This document shows, one piece after another, positions 18,644 through 26,797 of a DNA stretch of 52,247 nt (position 1 is the first letter of the stretch; every line of letters begins with the position of its first letter). The notes below the pieces were generated by a model, which searched no databases, was not told the origin of the DNA, and was given only the letters and a program-made list of their open reading frames with translations. The position numbers were made by a program, and so were the translations under genes. The stretch lies in the IMG/VR virus record IMGVR_UViG_3300033463_000196, positions 1-52,247 of that record. One strand, given 5' to 3'. The DNA is from a virus.

Positions 18644-19030
18644 TCAAATCTTGAAAATGCCAATACTCTTAATCAGGGCTATAACCTCTTTCTTAGTGTT
18701 GAGGCGGTTAGGTATCTCTACACCGTTGCGGCTCTTACCGTACTGCTTGCCGTTGCAAAGTTCGTAAGCCTTGCCGCCCAACGGGTCTTTACGTGTCTGC
18801 CATTGTACGGCCCCGTACCTGATAGTCCAATACGTACCGCCTCCAAATGGCATAGCGCGGCCCTTATCGTCGTTCCATGACTTGCAGCACCTCGCGGCCT
18901 CAATGTAGCGCGTACCGTCTGCGTTGTATAACTCTACCCGGTAGGCGGTGTTAATGCGCTTACCTGCTAACTCTGCCCTCTGTTGGGCTAACTGCTGCTG
19001 TACCTCTGCGGGTAATTCTTCAAACTTCAT
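18644..19030 (-). CDS. Hypothetical protein
   Basis: 128-aa ORF with ATG start. Confidence 0.5.
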   Translation of the reverse strand: MKFEELPAEVQQQLAQQRAELAGKRINTAYRVELYNADGTRYIEAARCCKSWNDDKGRAMPFGGGTYWTIRYGAVQWQTRKDPLGGKAYELCNGKQYGKSRNGVEIPNRLNTKKEVIALIKSIGIFKI

Positions 19031-19047
19031 ATCTCTTTGGGTTTTGT

Positions 19048-19069
19048 GGCCGGGGTACAGGCCCCGGCC
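19048..19069. other. GC-rich intergenic stem-loop
   Basis: GGCCGGGG-tacagg-CCCCGGCC between two same-strand genes. Confidence 0.6.
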
Positions 19070-19075
19070 CGGTTA

Positions 19076-19426
19076 CTACTTGGATAACTCCTTAACTAAC
19101 TCTATATTCTTTTCAAGGTCTGCGTATATCTTGGCAAAGTACGCGGATGCCTCTACTACTTTAAGTATCACAACGTCGCCCCGGCCATTCCTGTACGTAC
19201 CGTTATTGGCTTCGTACTTCGCGGCTTTCTCGGTGTCGAATATTACAGGGTTGCCGCTTACAGGTGTCAGGGCTGCACCCTGAAAACCCTTACCCTCACC
19301 GACAAAAGCGTAGTAGGTATCGCCGCCGTAACCGGCTACTACGTAACCTTTGCTGCCTAACTTCTCGCCGATAGCGGCCTTTGCGCTCTCTAACTGCTCA
19401 ACGATTGAGGTTATTTTCTCTGTCAT
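19076..19426 (-). CDS. Hypothetical protein
   Basis: 116-aa ORF, first gene downstream of a consensus promoter. Confidence 0.5.
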   Translation of the reverse strand: MTEKITSIVEQLESAKAAIGEKLGSKGYVVAGYGGDTYYAFVGEGKGFQGAALTPVSGNPVIFDTEKAAKYEANNGTYRNGRGDVVILKVVEASAYFAKIYADLEKNIELVKELSK

Positions 19427-19476
19427 ATCTACCGGCTTAACCGTGTTGCCGTAGGGCTTAATAATTTAATCTGCTG

Positions 19477-19508
19477 CAAAGGTATAGTTTTTTCTGTACT
19501 CTTGCAAA
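19477..19508 (-). promoter_or_regulatory. Consensus Bacteroidota promoter (leftward)
   Basis: Minus strand: TTTG (19508-19505), 20-nt spacer, TAccTTTG (19484-19477), about 50 nt before the ATG at 19426. Confidence 0.55.
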
Positions 19509-19580
19509 TTTTTAGGTAACTTTTTTCTGTCTATTAACATAATTTAGTACAGAAAACGCTATACTTTGAGAAAAAAGCCG

Positions 19581-19588
19581 TATTTTTG
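19581..19588 (+). promoter_or_regulatory. Candidate -7 box for the plus-strand HTH gene
   Basis: TAttTTTG, 27 nt upstream of the ATG at 19616. No TTTG at the canonical -33 spacing. Confidence 0.35.
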
Positions 19589-19615
19589 CACCAAAATTCA
19601 AAATATTTGCAGAAA

Positions 19616-19873
19616 ATGAGAATAAAACAGGTTTTGAAAGAAAAGCACCTTACCCAACCTGAATTAGCCGCCAAAATGGGCGTAAGCCTGTCAGCGGTTA
19701 AACAAATGGTTAAGGCTGATTCCCTGACTACGGCCACACTTGAAAAAATTGCGATAGCCTTGGGCGTACCCGTTTGGCAATTACTCGTTAGCCCTGCCGA
19801 CGTTATACCGGCTACGGGCGTTACTATAAGCTGCCCGCATTGTGGCAAACCACTTAAAATTACAGGTGTATGA
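19616..19873 (+). CDS. XRE/Cro-type helix-turn-helix regulator with C-terminal CxxC
   Basis: MRIKQVLKEKHLTQPELAAKMGVSLSAVKQMVKADSLTTATLEKIAIALGVPVWQLL is a classic HTH_XRE pattern. Ends in CPHCGKPLKITGV. Confidence 0.7.
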   Translation: MRIKQVLKEKHLTQPELAAKMGVSLSAVKQMVKADSLTTATLEKIAIALGVPVWQLLVSPADVIPATGVTISCPHCGKPLKITGV

Positions 19874-20016
19874 AAAGGATAGACGAATTAAGGCAAAGAT
19901 TGGATGCCGTGTTAGACGAATTTAGCGACGTACCTTTAGAGGAAATCGCCGACGAATTAGACTACCGGGCTTCGGAATATCAGCGCAAAGCAAATCTTAG
20001 CGACTGCCAACAATAA
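19870..20016 (+). CDS. Small hypothetical protein
   Basis: 48-aa ORF (MKRIDELRQRLDAVLDEFSD...) whose ATG overlaps the HTH stop (ATGA). Confidence 0.35.
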   Translation: MKRIDELRQRLDAVLDEFSDVPLEEIADELDYRASEYQRKANLSDCQQ

Positions 20017-20022
20017 GCGCGT

Positions 20023-20268
20023 ATGAGTAGTGAATTACTGCAATATCGTTACGACGTGCTGGCCTCCCTGTATTGGATTCCCTGCACCCTGCAAGAATTA
20101 GCGGAAAGGGATTTTTGTAAGAACTTGCCAACTTGGTATATTGACCAAATACTACTAAAGTTGGAAAGCCTCGGACTTGTCGTTAAACGCAAAGACGGCG
20201 TTTATAAGGCCATCAAAGGCAAAGCCAAAAAGGTACTAAACCAACGGGGCTACGAAATAGACGATTAA
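20023..20268 (+). CDS. Small winged-helix-like DNA-binding protein (tentative)
   Basis: 81 aa. LQELAERDF...ILLKLESLGLVVKRKDGVYKAI resembles a winged-helix recognition helix plus wing. Confidence 0.35.
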   Translation: MSSELLQYRYDVLASLYWIPCTLQELAERDFCKNLPTWYIDQILLKLESLGLVVKRKDGVYKAIKGKAKKVLNQRGYEIDD

Positions 20269-20270
20269 AG

Positions 20271-20293
20271 ACGGCGGGTTAGATGCCCGCCGT
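20271..20293. terminator. Bidirectional terminator-like hairpin between convergent genes
   Basis: ACGGCGGG-ttagatg-CCCGCCGT lies between the plus-strand island (stop at 20268) and the TerL stop (20299). Confidence 0.55.
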
Positions 20294-20298
20294 TCCTG

Positions 20299-22044
20299 TT
20301 ATCGCTCATAAGAATAAAGTTGCCCTAAAGTCATTAGCATAGTTATCGTACCGTCTATTTTGCGGTACTGCGAAATCTTCAAAGGCTTTTTGTTTTCCAA
20401 CCTATCTTCATCTATAACGCAATTAGTCAGGCAATAGACGTTAATAGGGTTGTTGTTAAAGACTATCTGCGCCGGTTCTGCGTAGGCTAACATTTCAAAC
20501 GATTCTACGGGTAGGTTAAAATTGCCGTAGGTCTGGCCGTAAGGTATCAGCACCCCGGACGCTCCGGCGGTAGATAGGATATTAACTAAGTCCTTTGCCT
20601 TATACCCGTCGTAGCCTATACGGATAATCTTAACCAACTTAGTACGCCGTATAATATCGTCGGCAATACGTCTAACGTCTATGCGCTTTCCCTTGGTAAA
20701 TATCAGGTGGCCCGCTTCGTGCCAAATACGGTATAGTTGTTCGTTGGGATGCCCCTTTAACGCGCCAATGGGAAAATAGTAGTCTGTGTGGCAATAGAAA
20801 CGCTTTGTTTCCTTGGAATAGACGGTATAAGATACTGCGCTGAAATCATCATGCACGGATAGGTCAAAGGCTACGGCGCAATCAGGATGCCCGGTTACGT
20901 GGTCTATATCAAAGTCGCCTAACAGGTCGTTAGCATCTTCAAAGCCAAACCATGTTTTAACCTCGTTAATGGTAAATATGTTAAGCAACTTGGTACGGAA
21001 AACCAACATATTTTCGGCTGATAGTTGGGCGTTCTTCCATTCTATTTCGTAGTAATCATCTTGCACCGTAATACCCAAATGGGGCTGCACCTTTGACCAT
21101 GTGGCCGGGTCGCCCTCTTCATCGTCTACGTCGGGCATAAACAAGTCGGCAAACATATAGTCGTTTTCGCCCTCGCCCTCTAATATCTTCTTAACGCCCT
21201 CCAATTCATTGTAGCACGGCCCCTCTATTACGTCGCTGGCCGTCGTAATGATAACCGTTAGCGGGTTACGGCGTGGCCCCATAGAGGACGTAAGCGTATT
21301 CTTTAGGTCTGCGCCTGACTTGTTGGCCGTGTCTCTCGCCTGTGAATATTCATCTATAATGGCCAACGATGCAAACAGGCCGTCTTTGGTCTGCGCGTTG
21401 GACGTAAGGCACTGCGCTAAACTCTCCCGGCCCCGGTCTCTGAACGTCACCGTTTCACGGTTAATTCTGAAATGCCTTTGGCGCGGGTCTAAGTCAAACA
21501 TTATGTGCCTGACTTCGTTAAAGCATTTTTTCGCCTGGTCGTAAGAGTTGGCCCCTACGTAGGCTTCTGCGTTATAGTCACCAAACAGCATATCGTCAAC
21601 GGCCAAAAACGCCGCAAATGTCGTTTTACTGAACTTTCGCGGTACGAATATGTAGACGATACGGATAAGCCTACGGCCATCAGGACGGGCAAAGCCGAAA
21701 ATATTAGCCATCTGAAAGACTTGCACCGGCGTTAGTTTGTAACGCCTACGCCCGGACGTTCCGCTAAACTTCAATTTCTCGTAAAGCCTGATTTTCTTCT
21801 TTACGCGCTTGGGCTTCCAAACCCACTTATCGAGCATTTGAAAAAACCGGCGTATCTTCAATAACTCGTAGAGGTTATGGCCGTCGGGATTATCTATAAC
21901 GCTCAAAACGTAGTCTGTCATACGCTTGTCGGTCTCTGTAAGCGCATAACTATAGCGGGTAAGGTAATTATCGCGGTTAGCCTGTAACTCGGCGGCTACT
22001 TCGTCTTTAAGTTGCCTTTTCTTGGCTTTCTCTTCCTGTGTCAT
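20299..22044 (-). CDS. terL: Terminase large subunit
   Basis: 581 aa. ATPase-like PRKFSKTT (Walker A-like) and LAIIDEYSQ (Walker B-like), with a C-terminal nuclease-sized domain. Follows the small-subunit candidate. Confidence 0.8.
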   Translation of the reverse strand: MTQEEKAKKRQLKDEVAAELQANRDNYLTRYSYALTETDKRMTDYVLSVIDNPDGHNLYELLKIRRFFQMLDKWVWKPKRVKKKIRLYEKLKFSGTSGRRRYKLTPVQVFQMANIFGFARPDGRRLIRIVYIFVPRKFSKTTFAAFLAVDDMLFGDYNAEAYVGANSYDQAKKCFNEVRHIMFDLDPRQRHFRINRETVTFRDRGRESLAQCLTSNAQTKDGLFASLAIIDEYSQARDTANKSGADLKNTLTSSMGPRRNPLTVIITTASDVIEGPCYNELEGVKKILEGEGENDYMFADLFMPDVDDEEGDPATWSKVQPHLGITVQDDYYEIEWKNAQLSAENMLVFRTKLLNIFTINEVKTWFGFEDANDLLGDFDIDHVTGHPDCAVAFDLSVHDDFSAVSYTVYSKETKRFYCHTDYYFPIGALKGHPNEQLYRIWHEAGHLIFTKGKRIDVRRIADDIIRRTKLVKIIRIGYDGYKAKDLVNILSTAGASGVLIPYGQTYGNFNLPVESFEMLAYAEPAQIVFNNNPINVYCLTNCVIDEDRLENKKPLKISQYRKIDGTITMLMTLGQLYSYER

Positions 22045-22048
22045 ACTC

Positions 22049-22456
22049 TTATTTTATTTCAGGTCTTGGTATATCAGGCGCAATTATTTTGCTCTTTTCG
22101 CGCCGGGCTATCCACTTGGCCATTTTCAGGTCTACCGGCTTACGCTCCTTTTCAGTCAGGCGGTAAACGCCAATATGCCATGCAAAGAAACTTTCGATAG
22201 TTGCGCCTTTGCTGTCTTTCCAACCGGGCAAAAGGTAGATGTAATCGCAACGGGAAAGCTGCCAAAGGTCGTAGCATAATGCGACGTTGTAACCTACCAA
22301 CCTGTAAAGCCATTGCCAACGGCAAACCAAAAACTTACAGGGATTCACTACCCGGTAGCCGTTATCGGCCAACAGGCTTTCGGCCTTGGCAAAACGTGCC
22401 AAATACTCGCTGCGTTCTAATCCGCTAATCGGGCCGCTAATATATATTTTCTTCAT
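22049..22456 (-). CDS. DUF4406 / nucleoside 2-deoxyribosyltransferase-like protein
   Basis: MKKIYISGPISG...YRVVNP...CDYIYLLPGWKDSKGATIE matches the pattern I recall for DUF4406. Confidence 0.45.
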   Translation of the reverse strand: MKKIYISGPISGLERSEYLARFAKAESLLADNGYRVVNPCKFLVCRWQWLYRLVGYNVALCYDLWQLSRCDYIYLLPGWKDSKGATIESFFAWHIGVYRLTEKERKPVDLKMAKWIARREKSKIIAPDIPRPEIK

Positions 22457-22458
22457 AT

Positions 22459-23250
22459 TTAATCGTCGTTATCGTTAGAAAATTCTTCCATGAGTTTAGT
22501 AAGGCCGTCGCTCTCCGGGGTCTTACGGTCTTTGCTATCGGTATTCATACCTAAAGCCCTCAACGCCTTTTGCGTCTGCGTTGTCAGGTCTAAGTATAGT
22601 TTTTCCTTGGGGCTGATACTCTCGCGGTTGTTACCCTCGCGGGAAATCTCTACGTTTACGGCTTTGTGACCACAACTAAAAATTTCCTCTGCAAGTATTT
22701 CAGTCCTTACCATGAGTTGCGCCGTAATGGTGGCTTGCAAAGCCATTTCAGACGTGTATTTGCCTTGCTTTTTGAGCAACTTAACAATATACTGCTTTTT
22801 ATACCCGATACGCTTCTGAATAGCCGCCGTAGCCTCTGCCGTTCCGCTGTCGTAGGCCAAATCTACGCTGCCGCTTTCCTTGGCTCTGTTTTGCTCTGAA
22901 CGGTTATTTATGCGGTCTACCATCTTATCCACCGTCGTAGTGCGCCCGGCGTTCATATCGGCTACCATTGCGCGGGCGTAGGTCTTTACAAACATCGGTA
23001 CTTCGGCGTTGCTCTCTAAGTCTTTCAGTTCGTCAATATTCAGGGCTAACAGGGTTTCGTACCACGAAAAATATTCATCGCGGCTAATACCCTGAAACGC
23101 CTTGGCCTTATCAGGCCCCATAAGTTTTTCCCGGTATTCAGGTACGCGGTTTCGGGGTCTGCCTTTCGGGTTGGTAATCTGGCCTTTCTGAAAAGGCTTG
23201 CGCTTTTCCAAATTTGCCAAACTATTAGGGTTCATCTTACGTTTCGCCAT
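22459..23250 (-). CDS. Terminase small subunit (candidate)
   Basis: 263 aa, two genes upstream of TerL. Basic N-terminus NPNSLANLEKRKPFQKGQITNPKGRPRN is typical of phage small terminase/DUF5681-like proteins. Confidence 0.5.
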   Translation of the reverse strand: MAKRKMNPNSLANLEKRKPFQKGQITNPKGRPRNRVPEYREKLMGPDKAKAFQGISRDEYFSWYETLLALNIDELKDLESNAEVPMFVKTYARAMVADMNAGRTTTVDKMVDRINNRSEQNRAKESGSVDLAYDSGTAEATAAIQKRIGYKKQYIVKLLKKQGKYTSEMALQATITAQLMVRTEILAEEIFSCGHKAVNVEISREGNNRESISPKEKLYLDLTTQTQKALRALGMNTDSKDRKTPESDGLTKLMEEFSNDNDD

Positions 23251-23288
23251 ATCAATTATATTTTGCTACTTATTCAACTATTAAGGGT

Positions 23289-23307
23289 GCGGGCGTATTA
23301 GGCCCGC
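23289..23307. other. GC-rich intergenic stem-loop
   Basis: GCGGGC-gtattag-GCCCGC, just 3' of the 41-codon ORF on the minus strand. Confidence 0.55.
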
Positions 23308-23315
23308 TCCCCGGA

Positions 23316-23441
23316 TTAAAACGGCACGTCTGCGCCTCCACCTGACGGCGCGGCAAACGGCATATCGTCGTAACGATTTGACGCTGCGCTGCCGCCACTC
23401 CCACCGCTGCCGGTGTGTCCGTTTCCTGCTTGGTTGCTCAT
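23316..23441 (-). CDS. 41-codon ORF encoding an SSB C-terminal-tail-like peptide (free-standing, or a frameshift extension of the PLD-like gene)
   Basis: MSNQAGNGHTGSGGSGGSAASNRYDDMPFAAPSGGGADVPF: a Gly/Ser linker plus two D-x-P-F tips, the second at the C-terminus. Lies in the -1 frame of the upstream ORF with no intervening stop after the A8 run. Confidence 0.4.
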   Translation of the reverse strand: MSNQAGNGHTGSGGSGGSAASNRYDDMPFAAPSGGGADVPF

Positions 23442-23446
23442 AGCGT

Positions 23447-24235
23447 TTACGGATTTTTTTTGTTAGACTTTTCGCCTCCTATCTCCTGCCAAAGTTCCCG
23501 GCGATTAGAAACTTTATTAACGGTGGCATACCGCTCTATTATACCGTCGTAGATGCCTACGTAGAAATCGTATAACTCCGGGTTTTCTTCGATGGTGAAA
23601 GCCTCTACGTTACCGCTACTGCGCAAATTCGCGCTACCGTGTATCACTATCTTACGGCCTCCGCGTGTCTCAAAGGCTATCACCTTGGTATGAACGAAAG
23701 CGACGGCCATTTGAAATTTATCGTCTATATCCAAACGCTTGTAGACGTAAGGAATTAACTTATATCTTTCGTGGCTATAGAAATAGTGGCTAATCACTAA
23801 GTCTAATCGCTCTATCCAACCTTTAGCCATCAGGTTATGAAAACTATCGACGTTGTTTTCTGATAGCGAAAGCGTAGATACTATCATGCGTTTGCAGACG
23901 GCTTTCTGTGCTATCAAATAGGCTTCTATAAAGTCGCCAAATATGAAACTGCCATTAACCACTACGTCGGCACGCTCTCCAAAGTCTAACCGCAATTCAC
24001 GGGCAAGTTTGACCGCGTTTTCGCAGGCGTAAAACCCTTTGGGCTTAACGTACACTTTCGGTTTCAGGTAGCGGGTTTCCTCTGAATACTTTTGTTTCCC
24101 GTTCACGTCGAAGAAATTTAGGTTAAGGTCTTTCAACTCTAACCCAACGTCGCCAAAGTCCAGGCTTTGCAGTTGTATTTCTTCAACGGCCATAACCGAA
24201 ACGTCGGCCTTGCTTATTCTACGTCTTTTTTCCAT
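23447..24235 (-). CDS. Phospholipase D-like (HKD-motif) nuclease family protein
   Basis: Single HxK...GSxN-type motif: VHTKVIAFETRGGRKIVIHGSANLRSSGN. 262 aa. Confidence 0.45.
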   Translation of the reverse strand: MEKRRRISKADVSVMAVEEIQLQSLDFGDVGLELKDLNLNFFDVNGKQKYSEETRYLKPKVYVKPKGFYACENAVKLARELRLDFGERADVVVNGSFIFGDFIEAYLIAQKAVCKRMIVSTLSLSENNVDSFHNLMAKGWIERLDLVISHYFYSHERYKLIPYVYKRLDIDDKFQMAVAFVHTKVIAFETRGGRKIVIHGSANLRSSGNVEAFTIEENPELYDFYVGIYDGIIERYATVNKVSNRRELWQEIGGEKSNKKNP

Positions 24236-24338
24236 AATTCAAAATCGTACTAACTAAAACCGGCTTACCCCCACAGCCTCAAAAAACTACTCACGCATGG
24301 AGAAAGGGATGGGCGAGGTTCGACCGGGGTAGGGAGTG

Positions 24339-24713
24339 TTAAAAAATGACCGCCCCCTTTAACATTTTTAACAATATTAAACAAATGAGAAATTTTTTAC
24401 AAAAACGCGCCATCTGCTCGGATGCCCGACGTTTCGCGTGTGCCTTACCACTACGGCCCATTTCAGTATGAGTAAGTACGTGGCAATCGTGGCACAAACT
24501 CCGTAAATTGTGAATATCGTACATAAGCGTTTCTTTCTCTCGCTGTGTCAATCCATCTTCTACGGGCGTTACGTGGTGTACTTCGGTAGCCTCTTTGGTT
24601 ATGCCGTTTTCCTTACACCTCTCGCAAAGCGGGTTACTCGTAAGTTTGGCCTTACGCAATCGTAGCCACCTGTTTTTGTGTATCATGCTAACGTAGTCTT
24701 TATCTTTCGCCAT
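24339..24713 (-). CDS. HNH endonuclease
   Basis: CERC...EVHHVTPVE...NLRSLCHDCHVLTH (CxxC, HH, N, CxxCH). Confidence 0.8.
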   Translation of the reverse strand: MAKDKDYVSMIHKNRWLRLRKAKLTSNPLCERCKENGITKEATEVHHVTPVEDGLTQREKETLMYDIHNLRSLCHDCHVLTHTEMGRSGKAHAKRRASEQMARFCKKFLICLILLKMLKGAVIF

Positions 24714-24733
24714 CGTCGTATATTGTTTAGTTG

Positions 24734-26119
24734 TTACTTAACTGCTGCACTATGCTTTCTTATCAGGTAATTAAGACTATCCAACAAACTTTGTTGTACG
24801 CCTTTCTTATTTTCCAAAGCGGCTACGGCTCTTTCGTCTACGGTGTTGGCACAAACCAACTTGTAGACTTGTACCGGGTACTGCTGGCCCTGACGGTGTA
24901 GGCGGGCGTTGGCCTGTTGGAATAACTCTAAGTTCCAACCTGTACCGTACCAAACTATGTAGTGGCCACCGGCTTGCATATTCAGGCCAAAGGCCGTAGA
25001 TGCCGGGTGCGCTAATAGTACGTCAATCTTTCCCGCGTTCCATTCCTTTAACTCCGATTCGTCTTTGTAGACTTTCACGGTATAGCCTTTCAGTTTCTTA
25101 ACGATGCGGTCTACGTCGTGTTTGAACTGATAGAAAACCAATACGCTGTTACCGTTGGCCGCTTCTATTATCTCGGCTAACCTGTCTAACTTTTCGTCGT
25201 GTACTTCATGCACGTTTCTATCTTCGTCGTATATTGCACCGTTGGCAAACTGACTTAACTTATTCATTAAGCCCGCTGCGCTGTTGGCTAAGATGTTTGC
25301 GGATTCCCCGGCGTGTTCGTCTTGAAACTCCAAAACCTTTTCCCGTTCAAACTTCGTGTACGCTGTCATAACAGACGGCGAAAGCTGCACCCGGATAGTA
25401 TGCACTAACAGGTCGGGTAATTGCAGATAGTCTTTGGCCTGCATCGACAAACATATATCGGCAATCTTACGCCGTATAATATCGTCGCAACCTTTCTTAA
25501 TGTCGCAACGTAGGGTAATGCCATTTCGGTTATAGGTATCAAAGTACGTTTCCCGGTACTTAGTTACTGACTTACCCAAACGCTCGCCCATATCCAAACA
25601 ATACATCTGCGCCCAAAGGTCTATCAGGCCGTTAGGTGCTGGTGTACCTGTCAGGCCGATAACGCGGCTAACGGTAGGCGTGGCCATACGCATAGCCTTA
25701 AAGCGATTCGACTTACTGCTTTTGAAACTCGTAAGTTCGTCTATAACCAAAACGTCAAAGGGTAGATTACCACCGTAGAGGCCAACCAACCAAACGAAAC
25801 TATCACGGCCTATAACGTAAACGTCTGCCTTGGATGCCAACGCCATCTTACGTTGTTTCTCCGTACCCATCACCTTTGCAACCGTTAAGCCTTTCAGGTG
25901 TTCCCATTTCTCGGCCTCTGTAGTCCATGTGGTTTCGGCTACTTTCTTAGGTGCTACGACTAAGGTACGGCTAATCTCGCAATCGTCTATAAGTTCCTGA
26001 ATAGCGGTTAGGGTGCTAACCGTCTTACCCAAACCCATATCAAGGAATAGGCCGCAACGCGGATTTTTCAAAATCCACTTTATCGCTGTTTGCTGATATT
26101 CGTAAGGTCTGAAAATCAT
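24734..26119 (-). CDS. SNF2-family helicase/ATPase
   Basis: LDMGLGKT (motif I), VIDELTSFK (DExx motif II), LTGTP (III), QQANARLHRQGQ (VI). ATG at 26119, 4 nt after the VRR-NUC stop. Confidence 0.8.
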   Translation of the reverse strand: MIFRPYEYQQTAIKWILKNPRCGLFLDMGLGKTVSTLTAIQELIDDCEISRTLVVAPKKVAETTWTTEAEKWEHLKGLTVAKVMGTEKQRKMALASKADVYVIGRDSFVWLVGLYGGNLPFDVLVIDELTSFKSSKSNRFKAMRMATPTVSRVIGLTGTPAPNGLIDLWAQMYCLDMGERLGKSVTKYRETYFDTYNRNGITLRCDIKKGCDDIIRRKIADICLSMQAKDYLQLPDLLVHTIRVQLSPSVMTAYTKFEREKVLEFQDEHAGESANILANSAAGLMNKLSQFANGAIYDEDRNVHEVHDEKLDRLAEIIEAANGNSVLVFYQFKHDVDRIVKKLKGYTVKVYKDESELKEWNAGKIDVLLAHPASTAFGLNMQAGGHYIVWYGTGWNLELFQQANARLHRQGQQYPVQVYKLVCANTVDERAVAALENKKGVQQSLLDSLNYLIRKHSAAVK

Positions 26120-26123
26120 AACG

Positions 26124-26504
26124 CTAATTTTGGGTTTGTATTTTTTTTGTCTCGTACTTTTCAAACTCGGCCTCGTTGTCGGCTAACCACTTCTTTAGTT
26201 CCTCTGTCAATTCATCGACTAAGGGCTTATTATCAATCACCCAAACAACGTGCTTTAGTTTCTTCAACTCTGCTATACGTAGTTCCTGAACTTTAGACGG
26301 CTTGCGCCCTTTGCTCTTCAACTCTACCCACATACATTGTGAGGCCGGTAACACTATCACCCTGTCCGGGTAGCCGGTTTCATTCGGGTTTGAATATTTG
26401 AGGCATAGCAAACCAATTTCTTTCATTCGCTTGCACAAATATTTCTCTATTTCCTTTTCCGATACCTCGGAATGTCTGACTATGTTTTCAATACCTTTTT
26501 TCAT
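26124..26504 (-). CDS. VRR-NUC domain nuclease
   Basis: GYPDRVIVLP...WVELKSKGRKPSKVQ (PD...ExK core). 126 aa, the typical partner of SNF2 in this phage replication module. Confidence 0.7.
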   Translation of the reverse strand: MKKGIENIVRHSEVSEKEIEKYLCKRMKEIGLLCLKYSNPNETGYPDRVIVLPASQCMWVELKSKGRKPSKVQELRIAELKKLKHVVWVIDNKPLVDELTEELKKWLADNEAEFEKYETKKIQTQN

Positions 26505-26630
26505 ACTATAAACCGTAAACTTAAACTCTATAACATTATACGTAATATTAGTTTGGTCTCGCGCACGCGCTCGCGTTAATGCTCTTATTCCCGTTTAATA
26601 CTATAATCACAAACTCTTTTATAAACTCTT

Positions 26631-26787
26631 GGTTTACTTGGTTTACTTTTATTAAACCGCCTTTATACAAAGGTGTTTCGCGGTAAACTAAACGGTAAAC
26701 CAAAGGTAAACCGAAATTTTTTGGTTTACCGGCATTAACATTTTTTGGTAAACCGAAACTCAAAGGTAAACCAAAGTTCGGTTTACC
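26631..26787. repeat. Iteron array: 9 copies of GGTAAAC(C)/GGTTTAC(C), candidate replication origin
   Basis: GGTTTAC at 26631, 26640, 26723 and 26780. GGTAAAC at 26682, 26694, 26705, 26747 and 26765. Larger unit caaaggtaaacc at 26701 and 26761. An AT-rich tract follows at 26505-26630. Confidence 0.6.
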
Positions 26788-26797
26788 GATTCCGGGG

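Noticed and set aside
19534-19848. 104-aa minus-strand ORF
   Set aside because: It is antisense to a clear XRE-type HTH gene and spans the promoter region.
24290-24340. tRNA-like T-loop string (gaggttcgaccgggg)
   Set aside because: Flanking bases cannot form a T-stem or acceptor stem on either strand. No tRNA was found in any intergenic region I inspected.
26631-26787. Possible CRISPR array
   Set aside because: The repeats are only 7-8 nt, occur in both orientations, have irregular spacing of 2-50 nt, and there are no cas genes. This is iteron-like, not CRISPR.
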